A DNA stretch of 64,000 nt from Eledone cirrhosa (Eukaryota): positions 263,190,001-263,254,000 of the forward strand of contig OZ024742.1 in assembly GCA_964016885.1 (NCBI GenBank), read 5' to 3'. Positions 1 through 15,060 of this stretch are shown here, in pieces. The notes under the pieces were generated by a model. The model saw only the letters and a list, made by a program, of their open reading frames with translations. It was not told the DNA's origin and ran no database searches. A program made the translations under genes and the position numbers. How positions within the stretch are numbered: the stretch's first letter is position 1; every line of letters starts with the position of its first letter.

Positions 1-134
1 TCCAACTGTAGAAAACCTGCCAGACAGTCCTATGCGAGCAAGACAATCACTCTTGCCTCAAGTGGGACTACCCCCGTCCAAACCCATGCAAGCGTGGAAC
101 ACGGACGTTAAACGTTGATGATGATGATGATGAT

Positions 135-136
<2 letters not shown>
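1..136 (+). mobile_element. 3' UTR and (GAT)n tail of an RTE-clade LINE
   Basis: Nearly identical to 49434-49572, which follows an RTE C-terminal ORF; ends in a (GAT)n tail. Confidence 0.8.
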
Positions 137-1910
<1,774 letters not shown>

Positions 1911-2011
1911 TTATTTCGTTTCTGAATTTGTTTAGCAAGATTCTTTATCTGAAATCGTGTGTTGAAACCGATATTGTTATACTTTGGGAGGGTCATGTTG
2001 CCAATAAGAAA

Positions 2012-4511
2012 GACAGGAGTAATTATGAGAGACATAGAAACAACCATGAAGCTGAGGCTGCTGCTGTTGGTGGAAATAGAAACAACACAACTAACAATAG
2101 CACTAGTACACATAAAGCAGCAGCCTGGAACTCTCCGTTTTATAACCCCTCCGATAAATCATTCGACCTACGACGAGTCCACGCCACGACTTTGCCATTT
2201 AACAAACGCACGCAGTTGCCGTCGCAGGTCGATGAACAAACAGAAGCACAATTTAGTATAGCTAAATCCGAACTTAGAAATATTATAGAACAGTATAGCA
2301 AGAAGCATAATAGAATAGAGGCCCAGCAACTGGGAGAAGAATCTGCAAATGGCTTGCGTAAGCTCATGCAGCGCTCGCGTAATGGAGAGATAGCATGCTT
2401 TCCAACAGACAAGTCTGGCAGAATGTCGGTTGACAGCCTGCCAAACTACATCCAGGCAATGCAACCCCACATCACTAACACAAGAGAGGTAACACCACAG
2501 GAGCATGAGGATAGAGAAAAAAACCCTCAATGCCCATATGGTGATGTGGACAAATATAATGCAGCCCAACAAAAGGACTGCCAACAACTTCCAGGCCTGG
2601 AACAATGACGTGCCGGCGTTGTATGGGCTTCGAAAAGACCATAAAACGGGCTGGGACCCTGTCGCGGCACCACCAACACGGCCAGTCTGTGGGGCTAACA
2701 TTGCTAGTAACTACAGACTGTCCTACTTCCTCTCCCTGATCATACGCCCCATCATTGAGATGTCCCCAGATGTGTGTGACAGCACGGAGGACCTCCTCAG
2801 CAGAATCGGCGCGGGTAACCGATCTGGGGACCTAACAAACTGCATAATAGGCAGTATGGATGTTGTGTCCCTGTATCCATCTATTGACGTGGATTTTGCT
2901 GTGGAGAAATGCGTCGAAATGATCAGCGAGAGCAAGGTTGAGTTCCGTGGGATTGATACCAGTGAGCTGGGACTTCTACTTAAGCTTACCCATAGTAATA
3001 GTTACCTAGACACTTATGACCTTAGCAACCTGTGCCCTACAAGACCAGCAAGAGGCAGACCACCTACCATTACCTCAATGGCCAAGAAAACCCACACAGA
3101 TAGATGGAACGGGTGGACCAGAGCCATACGGACACCCGAAAACCACGATGAACTGAAGAAAATGATTGCACATGCGGTAGGGGCCAGCATAAAATTAACC
3201 CTTAAGGAACATATGTTCAAATTTAATGGTAAAACATATGCCCAAGAGGAAGGAGCAGCCATTGGTGTTAGCATTGCAGGCGACATAGCTAACTTGTTCA
3301 TGGTATGGTGGGACAGTAGACTTAAACAAAAACTTAAAGAACAATTAGAAGACAGCTTAACCCTGATAATGTACTCCCGCTACGTAGATGATATAAACAT
3401 CGTAGTTAAGACACCCCCACTAAAGAACAGTCAGGAACCAGAGAAAAACACAATGGAAAGCATCCAGCAAATAGCAAACTCCATCCACCAGAGCATTAGA
3501 GTTACTATAGACTACCCAAGTAGACACCCCAACCATCGATTACCTGTACTAGACACAGAGCTCTGGTTAGATACTATTAACAACCAAAAACAAATCCTCC
3601 ATTCCCATTATGCCAAACCCATGACTTCCAAACATCTGATCCACCGAAACTCGGCCATTTCGGACCATACCAAAATCAACATACTGATTGCGGATTTGAT
3701 ACGGGTGATGAGAAATGTGTCCCGCATGTGCAACCCCGAAGAACTAGAGAGACACATACAACACTTCATCCACTGTATGCAGTTCTCTGGCTACAATCAG
3801 AGAGATAGAATCAGAGTGTATAAAGGAGCCAGAACCAAATGGGAAAAAATGGTAAATAATGACATAAATGGGACCTGCCCCTTGTATAGGAGCAAATTTT
3901 GGAATAGAATAGAAAGAACTAAGAACAAGGCCAATAGAATAAACTCATGGTATGATAGCAATAAATACCAGAGTGTAATGTTCATCAATACAACCCCTAG
4001 AGGCGAACTAGCCTACAAATTTAGAAGGGCCCTAAAGAAACATAATCTCAATATTAAGATAGTAGAAAGACCTGGTACCTCCGTAAAAACACTTATTAGC
4101 AAGACATACCCGTTCCAAAGACCCTCATGTATAGATAAGAAATGTATAACCTGTAAAATAAGCCCCCATATTAACTGTAAAACTAGAAATGTAGTATATA
4201 GCATAAGATGTACTGAAGGACAATGTAGAAACAAAAATATAGTGTACATAGGTGAGACAGCTCGTAGTATAGGGGAACGAATAAATGAACACTGGCGAGA
4301 CCTCCAAGATAGTAAAGAATCATCTGTGCTCTACCAACATGCTAAGATAGAACACAGGGGTAAATTAGAGAGCATAGAAATAAAAATAGAATCCACACAC
4401 AAGAAAGACGCAATGTTTAGGCAAATTACAGAGGCAGTAAGCATAAAAGAATTAAAACCAAAATTAAATAGAAAATATGAGTGGAACAGCAACATCACAA
4501 CTTACAATTAA
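2012..4511 (+). CDS. PLE reverse transcriptase + Cys-rich linker + GIY-YIG endonuclease, split by one extra A at 2517-2523
   Basis: Motifs [44 protein letters not shown]; linker CIDKKCITC; GIY-YIG-type VVYSIRC...YIGETAR...R.NEH...EA. Removing one A joins EHEDREK to TLNAHMVMW. Confidence 0.92.
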
Positions 4512-4808
4512 GGACAAAATGAAAACACACACACACATAGAACAAACAACTTACAATTGAAAACACACACAAAATGAAAACACACACAAGACAAAATGAA
4601 AACACACACACACATAGAACAAACAACCAACCAACAATAAATAAATAAATAAACAAACAAATATAAATAGAAAAATAGAAAAATGAACACAAACACACAC
4701 AGACACCCGGATGTGGCGCATGCGCAAACTGAGCACGCAACCCACACACAAACAAAATGGCGTAGGATAGAAGAAAGGAAAGGCACAGAAACGAAGAAAG
4801 AAATCCCC

Positions 4809-4853
4809 AGTCACTGAAGAGGTCACAGAGTGTGTGACGAAAGAACTATGACT
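4809..4853 (+). ncRNA. Minimal type I hammerhead ribozyme in the PLE pLTR
   Basis: AGTCA-CTGAAGA-G-GTCACA(gagtg)TGTGAC-GAAA-GAAC-TA-TGACT: 5-bp stem I, 6-bp stem II, very short stem III, CUA cleavage triplet. Confidence 0.8.
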
Positions 4854-5012
4854 ATATATATATAAACAACTATCTGGTTGTGGAACCAACCAACCAACCA
4901 GAAATTTATAAATTTGTAAATTTATAAATATATATTAAATTAAATTGAAGTGAAAGCAACTGGTGCGTGTGTTTCTTATTGGCAACATGACCCTCCCAAA
5001 GTATAACAATAT

Positions 5013-5600
<588 letters not shown>

Positions 5601-5686
5601 GTAGGAGGTGAGTTTTATTGTAGTACAATAAAGCAATGCAGATATCGGATAAGAAGCACTCTACAGTTTGTAGGACTGGAGTATAC

Positions 5687-6043
5687 ATAATATATAAGAA
5701 CAAAAGATGGTTAAAAGAATTCCATGTATTTTATTATGCGCATTTCAAAAACAAATATAATCATGCAATAATATTTGTGTTTTCATCAGATAAAACAGGA
5801 AGACATGATATGAAGGTTAAAAAAACACTTGTGGATAGTGCAGTTTTAAATCAACATATGTTGATTTAACATATGTTGATTTAAAACTGCACTATCCACA
5901 AGTGTTTTTTTAACCTTCATATCATGTCTTCCTGTTTTATCTGATGAAAACACAAATATTATTGCATGATTATATTTGTTTTTGAAATGCGCATAATAAA
6001 ATACATGGAATTCTTTTAACCATCTTTTGTTCTTATATATTAT
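5687..6043. mobile_element. Fold-back (inverted repeat) PLE-tail remnant carrying two mirror-image hammerheads
   Basis: Near-perfect ~170-bp arms centred near 5855-5880, lying between TA tracts. Confidence 0.8.
5935..6001 (+). ncRNA. Minimal type I hammerhead (mirror copy at 5729-5795, - strand)
   Basis: TTTTAT-CTGATGA-stem II (ACAAATAT/ATATTTGT)-GAAA-TGCGCA (palindromic stem III)-TA-ATAAAA. Confidence 0.82.
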
Positions 6044-6050
6044 ATATATT

Positions 6051-6121
<71 letters not shown>

Positions 6122-6124
6122 ATT

Positions 6125-6157
<33 letters not shown>

Positions 6158-6175
6158 ATTTATATATATATATAT

Positions 6176-6523
6176 GGAGGCACATGGCTTAGTGGTTAGA
6201 GCATTGACCTTGCAATCGAAAGGTTGTGAGTTCAATTCTCAGACCGGGTGGTGTGTTGTTTCCGTGAGCAAGACACTTTATTTCATATTGCTTCAGTTTA
6301 CTCAGCTGTAGAAATGAGATGATAGGGACTGAGGTCCTTATCATTCCACTGCAAAGTGGTCGTGTAGGTTCCACGGCAAAAAAGCACCCAGCACTCACTG
6401 TAAATGAGGTTGGTGTTAGGAAGGGCATCCAGCTGTAGAAATCAAGCCAGAATCAGTTCCCGTCCCACCCTTGCAAGCAGGGAAAAGCGGACGTAAAATG
6501 AAATGATGAAAATGAAATGATGA
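6176..6523 (+). mobile_element. tRNA-derived SINE with a CORE/V-like central domain and an RTE-derived 3' end
   Basis: A box TGGCTTAGTGG; B box GTTCAATTC; central GAGCAAGACACTT; 3' TTAGGAAGGGCATCCAGCTGTAGAAA shared with the RTE 3' UTR. Full copy at 56180-56526 (-). Confidence 0.85.
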
Positions 6524-6529
6524 TATATT

Positions 6530-6592
<63 letters not shown>

Positions 6593-6593
6593 T

Positions 6594-6648
<55 letters not shown>

Positions 6649-6656
6649 ATATATTT

Positions 6657-7865
6657 ATCATCATCATCATCATCACCGTTTTACGTCCGTTCTTCCACGC
6701 TAGCATGGGTTAGACGGGTTGTCCTGTTGTGGGCAGTGTCTGGTCGGCTGACCATGCCTTGCTCATACAGGAACTGATCTGGCTTGATTTCTACAGCTGG
6801 ATGCCCTTCCTAACACCAACCTCATTTACAGTGAGTGCTGGGTGCTTTTTCGTGGCGCCTACACGTCCACTTTACAGTGTGGGCTGGGTGCTTTTTTGCC
6901 GTGGCACCTCCACGACCACCTTGCGGTGGGGGGGGGGGGGCATATTGTTTATATGCTTCAGCATGTACCCATGGGAGGTCGGGTACCCTGTATTACTGCG
7001 TGACGCCAGAAGTCACGGTCGTGTGTCATTGACTTTGAGAGGTGTAGTTGGGTAAGGTCGGCTCTTATCACCTCATCCCAAGTCATCTTGGGTCTCCCCA
7101 CTCCGCGGTTTCCATCAACTTCTAGTGCTCTGCACCTTTTTATGCAGCTGTCATCCTTCATACGCATCACATGTCCATACCAGCGTAACCGCCTCTCCTG
7201 CACGCAGCATTTGATTCCTCTTATGCTCAGTCTCTCTCTCAATTCATTTATGCTTTGTCGTTCACGTATATTACTGTTACACATCCATCGGAGCATGCAG
7301 GCTTCGTTTCTCTCTAATCTACGTAAGTCTTCCACCTTCAGCGCCCAGGTCTCACTACCATGCAACATCGCTGTTCGGATACACGCATCATACAGTCTGC
7401 CTTTCATTCTGAGGGAGAAGCCTTTTGCAGCTAGCAGTGGTAGTAGTTCCCTAAACTTCTTCCATCCCGTTCTTACCCTAGTTATTGTACTTTCTGAGCA
7501 CCCACCTCCGTTGCTAATTCGGTCACCTAGGTAGCAGAAGCTGTCTACTGTTTCTACAGGGCCCTCCCAGAGATTGGTGGTACTTGTTTCCTGTGGCTGT
7601 TTGCTTGCTGTTTCAGCACAGCTGCTGCATGTGAATCCTACATTCTTAATTAAGCTTCCTGAGATCCCGCTACATCTCTTGTGTACCCATTGTTTGCATT
7701 TGGGGCAAAGAATGGAGTTCCTACCTACACCTTTCCTACATACTGAGCAAGGCCATTTCCCTGAGGGGATCTGGGTTCTGTTTTCTCGTCTACTTATAAG
7801 GACCTTAGTCTTTGTCATGTTGACTTTGAGGCCCTTTCTCTCTAGTCCCTGCTTCCAGGTTTGGA
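6657..7865 (-). mobile_element. 5'-truncated RTE-clade LINE: RT C-terminus with PHD-like insert, 3' UTR and (GAT)n tail
   Basis: ORF 6958-7818 has KTKV, SFCYLG, MLHGSETW, RRLRWYGHVMRM and GRPK.TW motifs. Confidence 0.92.
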
Positions 7866-7924
7866 ATATATATATATATATTTATATATATATATATATA
7901 TTTATATATATTTATATATATATT

Positions 7925-7955
<31 letters not shown>

Positions 7956-8008
7956 TTATATATATATATTTATATATATATATTTATATATATATATTTA
8001 TATATATA

Positions 8009-8081
<73 letters not shown>

Positions 8082-8083
8082 AT

Positions 8084-9269
<1,186 letters not shown>

Positions 9270-9285
9270 CATATATAGCGGCGAT

Positions 9286-9480
9286 GAATTAGTTTAGCGA
9301 GGTTTTTTATATGAAATTGTGTGTCGAAACAGATATTGTTATATTTGGGGAGGGTCATATTTGCGTAATATTGCCAGAATTAATAACAGAACACACTCAC
9401 TGTTTGGTTGGTTTTCGCTTCTCGCTGTCTTTTATATCTGCGATCTAACTTACTCGGTCCTCAATGTTGCCCTTGACTGA
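9286..9480 (-). mobile_element. Diverged PLE tail remnant related to the 1913-5012 family
   Basis: TTTAGCGAGG...TGTGTGTCGAAACAGATATTGTTATATTTGGGAGGGTCAT resembles 1930-1997. Confidence 0.65.
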
Positions 9481-9729
9481 CCGGCGGTCAAAAATAATAC
9501 AGATACAATATAGACACAAACACATATATATAGTTTACATAATTTACATAAATCTTTCGTTGCACATCTGCAACATCGTCAGTGGTGTTATATTCATTGT
9601 TCCTCCTGTTGTGTTGTATGTCTACGCCATTTTTTTTATTCGATTGCAAGGTCAATGCTCTAACCACTAAGCCATCTGCCTCCATTCTAACCACTAAGCC
9701 ATGTGCCTCCATATATATATATATATATA

Positions 9730-9983
9730 TTAAAATACAAATATTAATAAAATAGATGTTCTTTTTATCAATTACATTTTATTATACATATTTCGGATGT
9801 ACAACAATACGTCCTCATCAGACAAAATATAAGGTAGTACCTAGATTAAATCTTAACCATTCAGGGTATGTCATATATCATTATATTTTGTCTGATGAGG
9901 ACGTACTGTTGTACATCCGAAATATGTATAATAAAATGTAATTGATAAAAAGAACATCTATTTTATTAATATTTGTATTTTAA
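9730..9983. mobile_element. Fold-back PLE-tail remnant with mirror-image hammerheads
   Basis: Arms ~9730-9832 and ~9881-9983 with a ~48-bp spacer, between TA tracts. Confidence 0.8.
9885..9937 (+). ncRNA. Minimal type I hammerhead (mirror copy at 9776-9828, - strand)
   Basis: ATTTTGT-CTGATGA-GGACGTAC(tgtt)GTACATCC-GAAA-TATGTA-TA-ATAAAAT. Confidence 0.85.
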
Positions 9984-10004
9984 TATATATATATATATAT
10001 GTAT

Positions 10005-11790
10005 ATCGGTGGTAGTTCCCCCATCGCCCGCCACTTTGGTGCCCCTTGACATTCCGCACGCCATCTCACAGTCTGTGGCCTACTCAAATGCCACGGAACA
10101 CCCGCCAATCTCCTCAGAGTCGAACAAAGAACCATCTTCATCTTACAGACCCACACTCCCCCTGGCCTGAACTCCCCACCCTTATTCCTTTAGCCTTCGA
10201 CCGCCCCCCTCCCCCCACACATATCCCCCACTAACACACCCCTCCTTTTCACCGCCCACCCCACAACTAACAATACTAACACCTCCACTCCACCCCTCAT
10301 CCGACCACCCTTCCCCAACTAACATACTTACATCCCTCCCTTCTTCTCCTCCCCCCCTCCTTATCACACGCACACACCCACCGGCACATATATACACGCA
10401 CTCACACTAAACACACACCCTACTACCACCACTAACCCTCACCCCCACACCTCCATCCCACCACCCCCGCAACTAACATCACTAACACCCCCTGACCCCA
10501 AGCACACGAACACACGCACCCACTTACACGCACCCACCCCACACGCAACTAACATCACTAACACCCCCGAAACCCACGCACACGTACACCACCAACTCTA
10601 CACACCCTACCACCACTAACCCCCACTCACACCTGCATTCAACCCTTTCTCCACCTCCCGTATACTAACACCCACTAACACCCCCTTCATCAAACTACAC
10701 ACACACCAGTACACCACACTCCCTCCATCGACCCCCACACCCTTCTCTCCCCGCTCCCACTCCACCCACACCCTTTCTCCACACTCACTCATCCCACTAA
10801 CACCTCTACTAATACACACCCTCCTCACTCCAACTTTCACACCTACCCATCCTCGCCCCTTTAGCATTCCACCCGACTGCTGCTATGCCCTCTGACCACC
10901 TCCCAGCACAAACAGACACACAGCACTCCCACCGCTTTGACCACTTCCTGTTGCGCGCGTACCCCACATCTCTCCTTTTCCGACCATCTCTTCATGGAAT
11001 ACTCGTATGTGGAACTTGACCACCGTGGAATCTACTACCATCATAGACCAACATTTCAACCACATCCTCTTACGGAATCACCTATATAACTCACCCACAC
11101 ACATACCCCAAAAAAATGTTTTTCTCCCACACGCCACCTACACCCACAACACGCTTAAACCCCACACACACGTGCTTTCCACCACATATTTACACCTTCA
11201 GCCTCCGGATTCCTCTCCCCCCACCCCTCTATCCACACACGCACACACACTCCGACCTACACCCCACCCCACACACACCTCTTCCTGAACATGCAACCCC
11301 GTTCTTCCCCCAACCCTTGCTTTCACATACACACACACACCACCTTCAGCCCTCCCCGCTCGGACACCCCGTCTCCCTCTCCCCACTCCAGCCGCCACCA
11401 CTCCTACACACCCCACACCCTTCCACCACCTGTTTTACCCCTTTTTAATTTCAGTTTATTTTGATCATGCTTTATTTTTATTTTTATTTTTAATTTCATT
11501 CGCACCGTTTCCTCCCACCCCCTTTTCGCTATATGTCTCTCCACCACTCCCCTACACACCCTTTGAACTCTCTTCCCACACACTTCTCACCTGAGGAAGG
11601 GCTTATGCCCGAAACGTCGTTCCCCACCACCACTCCACTCTCCAGAGCGTGGGCATTCATACTGCGGTGTAGGTGCAACAAAAGGGGTCTTAGTAGAAGT
11701 AGCACAAACGCAAGTTTTACGGTGTCAATAATACGGCAACGTACACAGGGCTTGGATTTGCACGTGATGAAATCACGAAGCGTCAACAGG
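10005..11790 (+). mobile_element. Neptune-like PLE 3' end: decayed GIY-YIG C-terminus, long C/A-rich pLTR and hammerhead core
   Basis: Manual translation from 10005 gives IGGSSPIARHFGAP*HSARHLTVCGLLKCHGTPANLLRVEQRTIFILQTHTP, matching the PVARHF...EQ.LIF.L.T..P.GLN pattern; hammerhead core at 11591-11618. Confidence 0.72.
11591..11618 (+). ncRNA. Hammerhead core with weak or absent stem I
   Basis: CTGAGGA-A-GGGC(ttat)GCCC-GAAA-CG-TC, with palindromic ACGT as stem III. Confidence 0.6.
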
Positions 11791-12039
11791 GTGCCAACAA
11801 AAATTTTAAGGTCCTCTTCATTTCCTCAATCCCCCGAAAATGGTCCTGTTTAAAAGTAAGTAAGTGTTGTGTCCTCTGTTAAATAAACTAAATTTAAGTA
11901 GCATTTATGTTGAAAATGAAAATGGCATTTAATGTCCAATGCTAATTCGTAAATTTCCTAGAAACCATTAATGGAATCGGAAATTGTTTTGTACACAGCA
12001 ATGTGAGGGGAGTAACTAATGTGTGCTGCAAATCCCCCC

Positions 12040-12470
12040 ATGTTTTTCGTGGTCTTCCTCTACTATGTCTTCCTTCAACTGCACACAGTGCCCAGGTCTC
12101 ACTACCAAACAAAATTGCTGTTCATATACATGCATCATACAATCTGCCCTTCATTTTAAGGAAAAAAAACCTTTTGTATCTAGCAGTGACAGTAGCTCCC
12201 TGAATTTTCTCCATCCCGTTCTTACTCTGGCTACTGTACTTTTGGAACTCCCTCCTCCATTGCTGATTTGGTCTCCCAGGTAACAGAAACTGTAACTATT
12301 TCTACAGAGCCGCCTGGGCATTTAAAGGAGCTAGTATCCTATGAGCACATGCTTCTTACTGCACCTGTGCATTGGCCGCACATAAAACTTACATTCTTTC
12401 ATAGCCTGCCTGTGATCCCACTACATCGTTTATGTACCCATAGCTTGCATTAAGGACATAGAATGGAATA
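12040..12470 (-). mobile_element. RTE LINE fragment, duplicate of ~13773-14160
   Basis: Near-identical to part of the downstream RTE copy. Confidence 0.8.
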
Positions 12471-13269
12471 ACCAATATTGGAATAATTTTAGTTCCTTCA
12501 TCAAGAGAATTCTTTCTTAGGAATAAGGGTACAAGCTGAAAATATATCATACATTCCATTTCATTGCTAGATTGCATGATGAACAACATGTTGCATCTCT
12601 GAATTACTGTATGAATATATTCCACTTAATATATTAGGACAATATGACTGGCTTATATTGATGCTGGAAATAGCAGCCAAAACCGTCTAAATCATTTCAA
12701 CATTGATGGATCAGTAAATATAAATTTATAACTCTATAAAGTTAACTGTCTCTAATACGTAAATATCTCAATGAAATGATAAGATATATTAATAAATTAT
12801 CCACCCAGAGAAGTATTAGTATATATTAAACCAAAATCTCATTTTGGGATGGTAGCTTAATCGGCTAAAAAAAAAGAAGTCAGTTTTAACTTTTATAATT
12901 CCTCGACCATGGTTTCTGGAACTCCAGGTGCAACATCGGTAATTCCAAGACATTGGAAAACCAATATTGAAAGAATTTCAGTTCCTTCATCGGGAGCTGA
13001 ATTCTTCTTTGGTATAAGGAGACAAGTTGAATATATATCATACATACTATTTCATTGCTAGACTGCACAGTGAATGTGTGGCATTGCTGAATTACTATAT
13101 GGATATAGCAGCCAAAACTGTCTAAATTAGCTCAACAATGATGGAGCAGTCAATATTAATTTATAACTTTATAAAGTTACCTGTCTCTATGTTGGTTTAA
13201 GTTTAATATATTTTATTACTTCTCTGAGTAGATAATTTATTAATATATCTTATCTTCACAAAGAACTGA

Positions 13270-14800
13270 TTTTGGTTTGGTTTCTATGGCTGGATGCCCT
13301 TCCTAATGCCAACCACATTTATAGTATGGGCTGGGTGCCTTTTGTTGTGACAACTACACAACCACTTTACAGTGTGGGCTGGATGCTTTTTGTTGTGATA
13401 CCTACAGGACAACTTTACAGTGTGTGTGTGCATAAGAAGGCAGGTCTTCTGTATAACGCAAAGATCTCGATCCTGTGTCATTGTTTTTGGAAGGTGTAAT
13501 TGCGCAAGGCCAGCTTTTATCACCTTATCCCAGGTCTTCTTACTCCATAGCTTCCATCAACTTTGACTGCCCTGCACCTTTTTATACAGCTGTCATCCTT
13601 CATATGCATCACATGACCATACCAAAGCAATCTCCTCTCTGGCATACTGCATCTGATCCCTCTTATTCCCAATTCCGCTCTCAATTCATTTATGCTTTGC
13701 CATTCATGTATATTACTATACACATCCTTTGGAGCAAGCAGGCTTCATTTCTTTCCAATCTTTTCAGGTCTTCTGCACACAGTGCCCAGGTCTCACTACC
13801 AAACAAAATTGCTGTTCATATACATGCATCATACAATCTGCCCTTCATTTTAAGGAAAAAAACCTTTTGTATCTAGCAGTGACAGTAGCTCCCTGAATTT
13901 TCTCCATCCCGTTCTTACTCTGGCTACTGTACTTTTGGAACTCCCTCCTCCATTGCTGATTTTGTCTCCCAGGTAACAGAAACTGTAACTATTTCTACAG
14001 AGCCGCCTGGGCATTTAAAGGAGCTAGTATCCTATGAGCACATGCTACTTACTGCACCTGTGCATTGGCCGCACATAAAACTTATATTCTTTCATAGCCT
14101 GCCTGTGATCCCACTACATCGTTTATGTACCCATAGCTTGCATTAGGGACATAGAATGGAATTTCTACCTGCTCCTTTCCTGCACACTGAGCAAGGCTAT
14201 TTCCCATAGGGGATCTGGGCCCTATTTTCCTTTCTACATACTAGGACTTTAGTCTTTGACAAGTTTACTTTTGATTCTCTAGCATGCTTTCAGGTTTAAA
14301 ATGTCTTCTCTAATTCTGCCATTGATTCAACTATAAGTGTTAGATCATCTGCATATAGAAGTTCCTATGGGCAGCCAGTCTTAAACTCTTCTGTTATAGC
14401 TTGTAGGGCAATAATAAACAGGAGAGGGCTAAGGACAGAGCCCTGATGGACACCTACCTGCACACTAAATTCTTCACTATAGTCATTGTTAATTTTTCCC
14501 TTGCTGACTGTTCCTCTATACATGGCTTGTACAGCTTTCACAGGCTACTCATCTACTCCTACTTTTCTAAGAACCCACCAGATAATGGAACGGGAGGACT
14601 CTGTCAAAGGTTTTCTCCAAGTCAACAAAAGCTAAGCAGAGAGGTTTACTTTTAGCAAGGTACTTCTGCAGTTGTCTCACGAAGAAGAGAGCATCCGTGG
14701 TACTTTCACTTGGCACAAATCCAAACTGCATTTCATCAAAGTTAAATCGGTCCCTAATCAGCTGTGCGATAACTCTTTCTATGACTTTTGTGCTTTGCCT
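13270..14800 (-). mobile_element. Decayed RTE LINE (RT domain through 3' UTR)
   Basis: Fragments MQFGFVP.ESTTDALFFVRQLQ...AFVDLEKTFDRV, LLYADDL (14340-14362) and RRLLWYGHVMHM. Confidence 0.88.
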
Positions 14801-14809
14801 CGTGCTGTA

Positions 14810-15060
14810 GGTCAGTAGAATGTCTAGATGTCTCTTGAAAACATCTACATGAACACCATGTAGATATCTCAGATATTTTAGTAGCTTATTAAAAGGCTGG
14901 CGTCCCTTGAAGCCCAGGATATTGCAGTATGTGGTCCTTATTCTTGATGCGATGCATGGGACCTTTGGCACTACACAGTGGTGTCCTGTGTGTGGGCTGG
15001 TCCTGCCTTCAATGCCTAAGCTTGGTGCTAACCGTTCCAGCATCTTACATATGTATATCA
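14810..15060 (-). mobile_element. CR1/L2-like LINE 3' coding fragment
   Basis: GFKGRQPFNKLLKYLR...VDVFKRHLDILL resembles a CR1-type C-terminus. Confidence 0.5.

Larger units (their letters stand above)
1913..5012 (+). mobile_element. Penelope-like element (probably Naiad-like), 5'-truncated, with an inverted 5' copy of its 3' tail, inserted in (TA)n
   Basis: RT + GIY-YIG ORF; 3' pLTR with a hammerhead motif; 1913-2011 is the reverse complement of the family tail (compare 4972-5012 and 8838-8942); TA tracts on both sides. Confidence 0.93.

Noticed and set aside
2012-4511. Selenocysteine recoding or a programmed frameshift in the PLE ORF
   Set aside because: There is no in-frame TGA in the corrected ORF and no convincing SECIS. 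The break is most simply a single-base indel in a homopolymer.
6176-6250. Functional tRNA gene
   Set aside because: It is a SINE head that runs directly into core and LINE-derived tail sequence and occurs in multiple copies.
10047-10049. In-frame TGA in the Neptune-like endonuclease as a Sec codon
   Set aside because: It aligns with a usual Gly position (GGA to TGA), and the copy also has a nearby frameshift.
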